Assembly: GCA_964358485.1 (NCBI GenBank)
Contig: CAYHPY010000001.1
Location: forward strand, 81,382 to 145,381
Origin: an uncultured Elusimicrobia bacterium
GTDB lineage: Bacteria > Elusimicrobiota > Elusimicrobia > UBA1565 > UBA9628
Direction of reading: 5' to 3'
DNA length: 64,000 nt
Part shown: positions 28,464 through 36,936 of the stretch, one piece after another
How the letters are laid out: every line of letters begins with the position of its first letter
How positions within the stretch are numbered: the first letter of the stretch is position 1
The notes under the pieces: generated by a model
Told to the model about the DNA's origin: nothing
The model's database searches: none
What the model saw: the letters and a program-made list of their open reading frames with translations, nothing else
Made by a program: the position numbers and the translations under genes

Positions 28464-30908
28464 TTACTTTTTTTGGGGTGTTATCTTTATGACGATTGGT
28501 AGGCAATCCACGAATTCCGCAACCACGCGGAAGTCATCCTCTCCTGCATTTTCAAGGATGATGGGCTCGAATTCCGGATTGATCGGCGATAATGTAATCC
28601 GGACTCGTTTCCAGGCGCCCTCGTCAGTGACCCCGACCTCGCTCGAGTACTTCTTTACGGTATACCGGCCGTCGTTCTCAGGGTCACAGATCAAGCGGCT
28701 TTCGACTAGGACGATCTTGCCATTCCGGCTCCCACCTCTTTCCCATCGGAAAATGCACCAAGCTCCGTCCGGAATTCTTGGGAGCATTGACCGGCCTTTG
28801 ACGAAGGTAACGAACATGTCTCGATTCAGCCGCCAGCCTGAGGGAACTTCCACCCAGCCAAGGGGGTTTGTTTTTTGCTCCTCGGTGAATTCACCCGCGG
28901 CCACGGCGAGGGAGAAAACCGGGAGGTGCGTGACGTGCTGTGCGGTGAGCGCGATATTGGGCAGGATAAATGGTTCCGGTGCCGGGTTGATCTCAAGCGG
29001 AGGCGTGACGGCGTGACGGGCGGCGTTCGTGAGGTGCTCTTGCAGGTAGGCGCTCAGGTCCGTGTCCTCGCACCATACAAAGCAGCCCTTCCGGCCGCGC
29101 GTCAGCAAAGTTTTATACGTTCCTTTGATGATTTCCTGGACCCGGTCGAGAATCGCCTTTTCCGCCGCCGACTTTCCCTTCGCCGCGAGTAGGTCGGATT
29201 TCCAGCCCTTCAAAGATGAGTCGGTCTTGGCGCGCATTTCGGGGATGCCGACGACCTTCCCATCCTTTAATGAGAGGTCGCCCCCAATTAGGACGCCGAG
29301 CCAGTCGAATTCAAGGCCTTGGCAGGTATGAATGCAGCCGACCTGTCCGATGCCGTCCGGGCTGGTGGCCCAATTTTCCCCATCAAAATTCCATGGAAGC
29401 TTCAACTCATCGGCCGCCACGTGCTTGGTGCCGGCACCGCGCCCGCGTCCCTGCTTTGGCCAATCCCATGAGTAGCCCGCGATGAGGCGCGCCTTGTTGG
29501 CCGCGTTTTTGGCCCTGAGCGCGGCGTAAAGGTCTTCGGCCCTCTCGAAAACGCGAAAATCGTATTCGTTATCCCAGCCCGCGGCGGCCCCAGTTCCTCC
29601 GACTTGAAGAACTTGATCGAGCCAATTTAAATATCCAGTGGAGCCGTTGCAGCGGAACTGGGCCGATAACCGCAAGGGCTCCTGCATCTCGGCGTTAAAC
29701 TTTTTCGCGGCTTTTCTGATCGCCGCCACGGAGCCGATGTCGTTCCAGGAAACCGTTTGGCCCTCATCGATGAAAAATACGCTGACGCGGGCCGCTCGAA
29801 CCATGTCTTCGACCATGCTGTTGCCTTTGTACTGAAACGCCCCTTTCCCTTTGAGGCGATGGGCCTCATCGATTATCAGCACTTCAAATTGCCGGTCCTT
29901 GCGGTAATCGACGTCGTGGAAGGTCCATGAGGAATTCAAAAGTTGACGGCCATCTTCTCGATACCCCCGGTTTCCGCGGGATAATTGCTCTATCAACGTT
30001 TTTCGGAAGGCGGCGTTGGGGGCCACGAAGAATCCCGCCCGCTTTTCCTTTAGAATTTCGGAGAGCAGGCGAATTGCAATGACGGATTTTCCGGTTCCGG
30101 GCCCGCCCTCGATTATGAAGACATGTCGCTTGGTTAAATTCTTTTTGGTGAGGATTTCGTGGCGGACAATTTGAAATGCCTCGTACTGCTCATTGATCAA
30201 GAAGAACTCCGGATTTCCATCCAGCATGCTGCTAACTCGTCCGATCAGTTCGTCGGACGGCCGCATCTTGCCGTTTTCGATAAGGAACATCACATCCCGC
30301 TTGGGTTTCAGCGGAACGACGGTTTCGAGGTATTTTTTCAGTTCTTGGGAATCGTTCGCCAGAAATAGCCGCGAATCTTTCAACAGATCCTTGTACTTGG
30401 GGTCCTCCAAAGGTTCCGGCTTTCGACGATTTAGGTTGAAGAGATAGGCCGCGGCATGGAGGGAAATGGCCGCTTGCCGGACATCTTCGTTGAAGTTCAG
30501 AATCAGCCCTTTGTAGCCCAGCGCCTGGGCGGATGGGTGCTGAGTTATTTTCCCGCCGCCCACGGGAGCCCAGACCATGTCCTCCGGTCCGGCCGCCCTG
30601 GCATCTGCCCACGCCTTAAGTTCAATGATTAGCCCGTTGTCGGTTTTGCCGTCATTGCCGGACAGAAGAACATCCACGCGGAAGCGGCCCGCGGCCGAAA
30701 CATGATACTCGATGGCCACCTGCACCTCATCCTCGACTTGGGCGTTGCCCAAAGCTATTGAAAAGCGCGCGTATTCGTCCGCCCACACTCTCTGATCGCT
30801 GGGGACGCTGCCGGTCTTTTCCCGGAACTTGGTTACAAGCATCGATTGTAGCCGGTTTGCGTTGACATCTTCGAGGAACCCGGCTCTGGACGATTGATAG
30901 ATAATCAT
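28464..30908 (-). CDS. three-domain fusion: PD-(D/E)xK-like nuclease N-domain, DUF2075 (Schlafen-like) ATPase/helicase, and C-terminal LexA/S24-like autopeptidase
   Basis: N-terminus: RFRVDVLL...IIELKAW (D...ELK nuclease-like). Middle: Walker A IIEGGPGTGKSVIA, Walker B VLIIDEAHRL, DUF2075-like core. C-terminus: VAAGEF (LexA Ala-Gly cleavage-site-like), then about 36 aa later GRSMLP (Ser nucleophile, cf. GDSMxP), TVKKY (Lys of the Ser-Lys dyad) and LSPINPEFEPI (LexA C-terminal motif). The ATG overlaps the Fic stop by 4 bp. Confidence 0.75.
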   Translation of the reverse strand: MIIYQSSRAGFLEDVNANRLQSMLVTKFREKTGSVPSDQRVWADEYARFSIALGNAQVEDEVQVAIEYHVSAAGRFRVDVLLSGNDGKTDNGLIIELKAWADARAAGPEDMVWAPVGGGKITQHPSAQALGYKGLILNFNEDVRQAAISLHAAAYLFNLNRRKPEPLEDPKYKDLLKDSRLFLANDSQELKKYLETVVPLKPKRDVMFLIENGKMRPSDELIGRVSSMLDGNPEFFLINEQYEAFQIVRHEILTKKNLTKRHVFIIEGGPGTGKSVIAIRLLSEILKEKRAGFFVAPNAAFRKTLIEQLSRGNRGYREDGRQLLNSSWTFHDVDYRKDRQFEVLIIDEAHRLKGKGAFQYKGNSMVEDMVRAARVSVFFIDEGQTVSWNDIGSVAAIRKAAKKFNAEMQEPLRLSAQFRCNGSTGYLNWLDQVLQVGGTGAAAGWDNEYDFRVFERAEDLYAALRAKNAANKARLIAGYSWDWPKQGRGRGAGTKHVAADELKLPWNFDGENWATSPDGIGQVGCIHTCQGLEFDWLGVLIGGDLSLKDGKVVGIPEMRAKTDSSLKGWKSDLLAAKGKSAAEKAILDRVQEIIKGTYKTLLTRGRKGCFVWCEDTDLSAYLQEHLTNAARHAVTPPLEINPAPEPFILPNIALTAQHVTHLPVFSLAVAAGEFTEEQKTNPLGWVEVPSGWRLNRDMFVTFVKGRSMLPRIPDGAWCIFRWERGGSRNGKIVLVESRLICDPENDGRYTVKKYSSEVGVTDEGAWKRVRITLSPINPEFEPIILENAGEDDFRVVAEFVDCLPIVIKITPQKK

Positions 30909-32011
30909 AATGTTTGTGGCCTCAATGAATAGCTCGTGCTCCGCCCCCCCGCCGCCTCCTTAACCAGTATCCCATGCCCAATCAACCCCACAATATCCCG
31001 CTGCGCCGTATCGTGCGAACATTTCATCAGCAACGCCCACTTCGTCGTCGTCAGCTTCCCCTTGAACTCCCCATCCAACAGCCTATTCAGCATCCCCCGC
31101 TGCCTCTCGTTAAGCGAGAGATGGGCGCAAGTCTTCCAGAACGCCTCCTTCTCCAGGGCGGCCTTTAAAGACGCCTGCGCCCCCAAAATGGCGCGGTCCA
31201 GGCAAGCCAAAAACCAAAGCATCCAGTCGGTGATGTCGAGGGTTCCCTTCCCGGTGGCTTCAAGGATCGCGTAGTAGGCCTTGCGCTCCAGCTGGATTTG
31301 CGCCGACATGCTGTAGCAGCGCCGGGCTCTGTTCTCCGACCGGGCCAGCGCCCAGTCCGCGATGGCGCGGGCGACCCGGCCGTTGCCGTCGTCGAAGGGG
31401 TGGATGTTCACGAACCATAGGTGCGCCTGCGCGGCCCGGAGCAGGGGGTCGAGGTCGCCGGGCCGGTTGGCCCATTGGAAGAAGGCGCTCATTTCCGATT
31501 CCAGGCGCTCCGCCGCCGGCGCCTCGTAGTGGACTTTTTCAAGCCCGATGGCGCCGGACACCACCTGCATGGGGCCCGCGGCGTCGTCGCGCCAGCGGCC
31601 GACTTGCACGCGCTGCGGGGCGATGGGAAACAGCGACCGGTGCCAGTCCAGCAGGCGCTCCTGGGTCAGGGGTTGGGAATAGTTCCGCGTGGCTTCCAGC
31701 GTCATGTCCACCACGCCCTCCACGCGGCGGTCCGCGGGTGTGAGGCCCGCGATGTCTAGCCCCAAGCGGCGGGCGATGGAAGAGCGCACTTGGTCCGGGT
31801 TAAGGAACTCGCCCTCGATCTCGCTGGATTTGACGACGTCCTGGGTGAACGCTTTTAGGACGGCCTCGTTCTGCTGCGAGAAGCCGAGGCTTTCCAGCGA
31901 GCCGATGAGCTGTCCTTGCCTTAGGCGCGCGGCCGCCAGGGGCTGGACCAGGGCTTCCTGGCGCCAGTGGAAATTGGGCCAGTCATCGTGTTCGTGGATG
32001 TATTTGGTCAT
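30905..32011 (-). CDS. fic: Fic/Doc family protein (putative AMPylase) with N-terminal DUF4172-like region and C-terminal wHTH-like region
   Basis: Canonical Fic motif HPFDDGNGRVAR (HPFx[DE]GNGR). 368 aa; the stop overlaps the downstream fusion gene start (ATGA). Confidence 0.85.
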   Translation of the reverse strand: MTKYIHEHDDWPNFHWRQEALVQPLAAARLRQGQLIGSLESLGFSQQNEAVLKAFTQDVVKSSEIEGEFLNPDQVRSSIARRLGLDIAGLTPADRRVEGVVDMTLEATRNYSQPLTQERLLDWHRSLFPIAPQRVQVGRWRDDAAGPMQVVSGAIGLEKVHYEAPAAERLESEMSAFFQWANRPGDLDPLLRAAQAHLWFVNIHPFDDGNGRVARAIADWALARSENRARRCYSMSAQIQLERKAYYAILEATGKGTLDITDWMLWFLACLDRAILGAQASLKAALEKEAFWKTCAHLSLNERQRGMLNRLLDGEFKGKLTTTKWALLMKCSHDTAQRDIVGLIGHGILVKEAAGGRSTSYSLRPQTL

Positions 32012-32174
32012 AATACGCAGACTGTGCGTATATTATAATGCGTAAAGTTAATAATTTCAAGTCTTTATACGCTAAATGTTCGTAGAATAAGCGAATTAAT
32101 CTACGCATGGTGGCTACTTGACGAAATCCCGCCGACCTGCTAAACTTGTTGTGTATAACTAACAACTGTTAGGT
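32012..32174. promoter_or_regulatory. AT-rich divergent promoter/operator region between the fic operon and the MNT/HEPN pair
   Basis: taatacgcagactgtgcgtatattataatgcgtaaag...tacgctaaatg...ctacgcatgg: five tacgc/gcgta half-sites, including the near-palindrome tacgcagac/tgtgcgta. Low GC relative to the flanks. Confidence 0.4.
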
Positions 32175-32804
32175 ATGACTAACGATATCCCCAGCGGCCC
32201 ATCGCTTCCCCAAGAAGACGCCCAAACGCGCGTCCTGAGATTCCTTTGGCGCAGCCGGAGCGAATGGAGCGGCCGGGAGGTCGCCCGCAAGGTGGGCTTG
32301 AGCGCGCCCGCCTGCCACGCGGCCCTCAAGAAGCTCGACGCCAGGGGGCTGGTTCTTTTCAGGCGCGTCTCGAACGTGCATCTATACCAGATTAACCCCG
32401 AGAACTATCTGGTCCAGAAGATCTTCGCGCGCCAATTCGAGGCCGAGGCGGCCATGCCCAAGGAGGTCGCCGCCCTGGTGGTGAAGTCCCTGGTCGATTC
32501 CCCCAAGACCGCCATCCAGGCCATCGTGCTTTTCGGCAGTATGGCGCGGGGCACGGGGCGCATCGGCAGCGACCTGGACCTCCTGGTTGTCCTTGCGGAG
32601 AAGGAAGGCGCCACGGCTCTGGAGCCGCGAATTGAGCGGCTAAGGGAACTGCTGTTCAAGCGCTTCAGCGTCCCTTTGTCGCCCTACATCCAAACCTTGT
32701 CCGAACTGAGGGAAAAGCACCAACAAAAGCTGCCGTTGATCGGAGAGATTCTTAAAGACGGACGGACCATTTACGGCCAAGAAATCAAGGAGTTGCTGCC
32801 ATGA
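32175..32804 (+). CDS. minimal nucleotidyltransferase (MNT/MntA-like) with N-terminal wHTH, putative antitoxin
   Basis: Pol-beta-type NTase motif LFGSMARGTGRIGSDLDLLVV, and an N-terminal wHTH (SGREVARKVGLSAPACHAALKKLDARGLV). Confidence 0.75.
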   Translation: MTNDIPSGPSLPQEDAQTRVLRFLWRSRSEWSGREVARKVGLSAPACHAALKKLDARGLVLFRRVSNVHLYQINPENYLVQKIFARQFEAEAAMPKEVAALVVKSLVDSPKTAIQAIVLFGSMARGTGRIGSDLDLLVVLAEKEGATALEPRIERLRELLFKRFSVPLSPYIQTLSELREKHQQKLPLIGEILKDGRTIYGQEIKELLP

Positions 32805-33208
32805 CCCCGAAGAAGCTCAAGACGCGCTCGGTGTCGCGTGAGCGCCATTCGACCTATCTCAAGAAGGCGATGGAGTTCCTGCGGGCCGCGGAGTCGTCGA
32901 TGAAAATAGGCGATTGGGACGCCGTGGGACTCAACGCGGTCCACTCGGCGATCTCCGCCGCGGACGCGGTTCTGGTCTATTACGGCGGCGTTCGCTCTGC
33001 CGGCGATTCCCATCATGACGTGGCCGGCCTTTTGCGCCAGCACATCAAGGATGACCAGCTCGGTTCTAAAATACAGACGCTCTCCAAGGTGCTTGGCTAT
33101 AAAAACTTGGCCGCCTATGAGGATCGGGAAGTCACGGAGGCCGAGGGCCGGGACGCGGAGAAGCTGGCGCGGCGGTTTTTGGATTGGGCTCAGTCGCGCT
33201 TGGCGTGA
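32801..33208 (+). CDS. HEPN domain protein (HepT-like putative toxin)
   Basis: The 135-aa ORF overlaps the MNT stop by 4 bp and contains an R-x4-6-H HEPN motif (RSAGDSHHD). Confidence 0.7.
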   Translation: MTPKKLKTRSVSRERHSTYLKKAMEFLRAAESSMKIGDWDAVGLNAVHSAISAADAVLVYYGGVRSAGDSHHDVAGLLRQHIKDDQLGSKIQTLSKVLGYKNLAAYEDREVTEAEGRDAEKLARRFLDWAQSRLA

Positions 33209-33285
33209 GCCCTGGGGCTTCTCCTCCGGGCGGCATCTTTCCCGATGACCGGCAGTTGACGGTTATTTATCGTGGGCTTAATTGC

Positions 33286-33330
33286 GAGTTGGCTATTTAA
33301 CTTTAGTGATCTAAAGTTAAATAGCGGGAA
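33286..33330. promoter_or_regulatory. perfect 14-bp-arm palindrome in a 295-bp AT-rich spacer
   Basis: ctatttaactttag tgatc taaagttaaatag, within the non-coding region 33209-33502 upstream of the gene at 33503. Confidence 0.35.
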
Positions 33331-33502
33331 TGGCCTTAAAGAAGGCGATTTATTAATTCCATATTGGGTCTCAAAATGGAGTTATTGATTCCAAATTGAC
33401 ATTATCCCCGGCAAACCCACCTGGGCTCGGCCCCCCTCTCCCGCGGCCCTTTCCCGAAATACTCCAGTAATCATTAAGGATCATAATGAATAGCCTCCTC
33501 CC

Positions 33503-35659
33503 ATGGTTATTCATTTCCTGGCCCTTATAACCCTCCTAGCCCTCCCCGGGGCCGCGCAGGACTTGTCCCCGCTCCCCGAACCCGCGCCCCGCCAGACGCC
33601 CGCCTCCCAAACCGCCGCCCCGGAACTGGTTTTGGAAGTCATTTCCGTCGAGGGTTTCGTGGAACTGCGGCGCGTGGGGGAGACCGAGTGGAGCGAACTC
33701 GTGGAGTTTCCCATCGAGCTCAATGACCGGGACCGCATCCACACCTACAACGACGCGCGCGTTCGCCTGCGCCTCGACGACGGCACCGAGCTGACCTTGG
33801 GGCCCTACGCCATCTTCTCGGCCGACCGCAAGCGGAGCGATCTGACGGTTTTCGCCCTGGGGCGGGGGCGGTTGGAGGCCAAGGTTTCCCCGGGGGGCGG
33901 GCGGCGCAAGCGGCGGTTGGAGATCCGCACGCCGGCGGCCTCGGCTTGGACGGTGGAGGGGGAGTTGACGGTGGATCACACCTCCGAGGGGCGGACCATC
34001 GTGTCCGTGCGCGGGGGGGAAGCCGAGGTCCGGCCCAAGAGCGGTCAGCCGCGGGGGCTGATTTCCGGGGAGGAAGTGGAGATCGTGGATGGGTCGGCGG
34101 GCAAATCCCGCGAGGCGGGGGAGCGTCCGGCGCCCAAGCCGCCGCGGCGGAAGGTGGAGGTGGTGGAGGACCGTCCGGAGCGGGCGAAGGCTTGGGCCGC
34201 GCCGCCCAAGGCGGGAATGCCGGATCGGGTTCGAAGCCGGGCCCGGCGGGAAGTGGAGCGGGAGTTGGGGCTTTTTATGGCGCGGGAGGCGGTGGAGGCT
34301 TCCGCGGCCATGACGGCCAAGCACCCGGTTTACGCCGAAGGCAAGGTTCTCATGGACGCCTTCGGGCGCAGGGCGCGGGTGGAGGAGTATGTCTCCCGGC
34401 CGGATTCGACCTCTTTTAAGCTGATCACGCTCAACCAGCGGGCCGGGCGAAACGATTGGGCCGTCTTCGAGGTCACGGCCAACGCCGGGCTACCGGAGAA
34501 TTTGGCCGACGCGGGAAATCTTTGGTTTCAGCGGGGCGGGGCCAAGCCGGGCTTTTACGCGGTGCGCGAGCGGTGGACGGTCTCTAATGGACGGGATTCG
34601 GTGGTGCGGGTCATGGTGGACGGGGATTCCTTGGCGGTGGACATTCCCGTGCGGCCGGTCTATGATCCGGTCACGGGCCAATATGAGTCCCAAATCGTCT
34701 CCCCGGCTTACCAGACCGTGTTCGGCAACTCGTATGAGTTCATCAACGGCGAGGCGGCCGCCATCGACCGGATATGGAGCGAGACGGGAGCGGCGGCCTT
34801 CCGGCCCCTCAACAACGGGGTGGTCTCGGGCTCTTTGGTGGGGGGCATGGCTTGGCACGCCCAGCCGATCCAGGTGGACGTGCGGGACGCCGCGGTACCG
34901 GCCACGCGCCTGGCCACCTACTGGGAAAACGCTTTCTTAAGCACGGACCCGACCGACGCCACCGGCAACGCCACGGGGCGGACCTTGATCGAGGCTTTCG
35001 ATTATCCGGCCTCCTTCCGGGGGGAATTCCGGGAGCGGCGCTTCTACATCGACTTCCGCGACACCAACGGCAACGGCATCCAGGACTTCCCCGAGATCAC
35101 TCAGGCGGGGGCCGGCTGTTTCTACGGCAACTGCGCGGTGGCCAACGTTTTTTACGATCGCTCCAACCGGCTCAACGGGACGGCGCTGGTGGCCCTGCCG
35201 GGCTCGGGTTGTCAGGGGACGACGGCGGCCTGCGGGACCAATGACGGAGACACCGTGTTTTTCTCCGATACCAACGGCAATGGGGCCTTGAACGCCGGGG
35301 AGGCGTCCTTGGTGGGGCCGCGGACCACTTTCGACGCGGCCTTGCTGGCTTTCGCGGCGGCCTCGCCGCGGGCCTGGACGGAGAACCGGCAGTTGCTGGG
35401 GACCGACTCCGGGGAGGTGCTCGACACCGGCGGGGAGTTCTCCAGCCCCGTCACGGGGGAGTCGGTCGGGGCTTTGGACCAGGTTTCGGGGCTCTTCGAG
35501 CGCTTTGCCTACCAGCGGACCTTGACCAGCTCGGAATTCTCCGGGCGGTCCATCGATTTGGTGCTGACGCCGGTCATTTATCTTAAATCCGGCCTGCTGG
35601 ACCCGAAGGCGGTGCACGGCGAGGCGCCCGCCCCGGGCGGGGGGCCGATTTCGCCCTAA
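33503..35659 (+). CDS. large secreted protein with N-terminal FecR-like domain
   Basis: Signal peptide MVIHFLALITLLALPGAAQ. Residues 50-170 resemble the FecR/anti-sigma periplasmic fold (VELRRVGETEW..., RVRLRLDDGTELTLGP, RLEIRTPAASAWTVEGELTV); the rest is Gly/Asn/Thr-rich with beta-like repeats. Confidence 0.5.
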   Translation: MVIHFLALITLLALPGAAQDLSPLPEPAPRQTPASQTAAPELVLEVISVEGFVELRRVGETEWSELVEFPIELNDRDRIHTYNDARVRLRLDDGTELTLGPYAIFSADRKRSDLTVFALGRGRLEAKVSPGGGRRKRRLEIRTPAASAWTVEGELTVDHTSEGRTIVSVRGGEAEVRPKSGQPRGLISGEEVEIVDGSAGKSREAGERPAPKPPRRKVEVVEDRPERAKAWAAPPKAGMPDRVRSRARREVERELGLFMAREAVEASAAMTAKHPVYAEGKVLMDAFGRRARVEEYVSRPDSTSFKLITLNQRAGRNDWAVFEVTANAGLPENLADAGNLWFQRGGAKPGFYAVRERWTVSNGRDSVVRVMVDGDSLAVDIPVRPVYDPVTGQYESQIVSPAYQTVFGNSYEFINGEAAAIDRIWSETGAAAFRPLNNGVVSGSLVGGMAWHAQPIQVDVRDAAVPATRLATYWENAFLSTDPTDATGNATGRTLIEAFDYPASFRGEFRERRFYIDFRDTNGNGIQDFPEITQAGAGCFYGNCAVANVFYDRSNRLNGTALVALPGSGCQGTTAACGTNDGDTVFFSDTNGNGALNAGEASLVGPRTTFDAALLAFAAASPRAWTENRQLLGTDSGEVLDTGGEFSSPVTGESVGALDQVSGLFERFAYQRTLTSSEFSGRSIDLVLTPVIYLKSGLLDPKAVHGEAPAPGGGPISP

Positions 35660-35663
35660 GCGC

Positions 35664-36863
35664 ATGAGACTCTTGCCCGCCTTGCTTGCGCTTCTGGCCC
35701 CCGCCGCGGTTACGGCGGCCGAGGTGCTTCCCGTGCTCCGGCTGGATTTTTACGGCGGACAGTTTTTCTTCGAGCGCCAAGCCCCGTCGATCTCGGCCAG
35801 CGGGGATTGGTTGTTTTCGCCGGCGCTGCGTTTTTCCGACGGGGATCTGTTGATCCCGAGCGTGTCCGGCTCCTACCGGCGCAGCCGCGACATCCATGAG
35901 TACCTGGGCGGGGGATTTATCACCGACGAGACCCTAAACAACACCGCGGCGCTCAAATGGGTCCACTATTTGGACGAGGCCTATGCGGTCAAGCCCGCCT
36001 TTTCCTACAAGAACGAACTGGTCTCGGAAACGGCCGATGAGAAGCTGGGCAACGGGCTTTTCGATCACCATAAGATCTCGGGCGGGCTGGAGATCGAGCG
36101 GCAGGGTGAATTTCTGCGCTCCATGCGCCACGCGTTCCACGCCTTCGGGGTGCGCTACTACAACTTCAAGGCTTTGACGGCGGGGCAATTCGGGACGGAG
36201 GTGCAGTCCGGGGAGAATGTCCTGGATTTCAACTCCTTCGACTATACCTGCGCGGCCCAGCTTGTGCCCTGGGAGAAGACGACGGTCAATGTCACCGGGA
36301 CGGGGTCCTACCGGGAGTTTCTGGACCAGAAGATCGTGACCCGGGCGGGGACCTATTCCGAGGCCAACCGGAAGGACCTTTTTGCGGCCTTCTCGGCGGG
36401 CGTGGAGCGGCTTCTGCCGGGGCTGGGCTCGGGGTGGTATTCCTTCGAGCCTTCCGGGGGCTTTACGGTGGGTTGGGATCAGCTGGGTTCCAACCAGGAC
36501 CATTACGACGCCCCGCGCCTGCGCTACGATGCCGATTTTTACGATTACAAGGAAGTTCAGGTGGGGCTATTTCTCAAGGCGCTGATCGGGGGCAAGCTCA
36601 CCGTGTCGGGGCAGTACGACTACACCCGGCGGTTTTACAAAACGCGCGCCGCGCGCAACACCGAGGGGGTGGAAATGGCCGACCGCGCCTTCAACAACAC
36701 GCATGTCTTCACCTACGAGTTCTCGCGGCCCATCGCCCGGGGCTTTTCCATCAAGGCGCGGGGCGGCTACCGGGTGGAGTCCTCCAACGACAAATACGAG
36801 CGGACCTACCGCTCCAACTTCCACGCCGCCCACTACTTCCTCGGCGCCGGCTGGGCCTACTGA
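35664..36863 (+). CDS. probable outer-membrane beta-barrel protein
   Basis: Signal peptide MRLLPALLALLAPAAVTA, alternating amphipathic beta-strand pattern and a C-terminal aromatic-rich end (HYFLGAGWAY). Starts 5 bp after the preceding gene. Confidence 0.5.
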   Translation: MRLLPALLALLAPAAVTAAEVLPVLRLDFYGGQFFFERQAPSISASGDWLFSPALRFSDGDLLIPSVSGSYRRSRDIHEYLGGGFITDETLNNTAALKWVHYLDEAYAVKPAFSYKNELVSETADEKLGNGLFDHHKISGGLEIERQGEFLRSMRHAFHAFGVRYYNFKALTAGQFGTEVQSGENVLDFNSFDYTCAAQLVPWEKTTVNVTGTGSYREFLDQKIVTRAGTYSEANRKDLFAAFSAGVERLLPGLGSGWYSFEPSGGFTVGWDQLGSNQDHYDAPRLRYDADFYDYKEVQVGLFLKALIGGKLTVSGQYDYTRRFYKTRAARNTEGVEMADRAFNNTHVFTYEFSRPIARGFSIKARGGYRVESSNDKYERTYRSNFHAAHYFLGAGWAY

Positions 36864-36867
36864 TATT

Positions 36868-36932
36868 GGTGCCAGGTATCCACTTTCTTAACATTCTTCC
36901 GGGGAAAGTTTAGAAAGTGGATACCTGGCACC
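36868..36932. mobile_element. MITE-like 65-bp element with perfect 21-bp terminal inverted repeats (copy 1)
   Basis: ggtgccaggtatccactttct...agaaagtggatacctggcacc flanking a 23-bp core (taacattcttccggggaaagttt). Sits 4 bp after the OMP stop codon; a near-identical copy is at 54774-54838. Confidence 0.55.
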
Positions 36933-36936
36933 GAAA

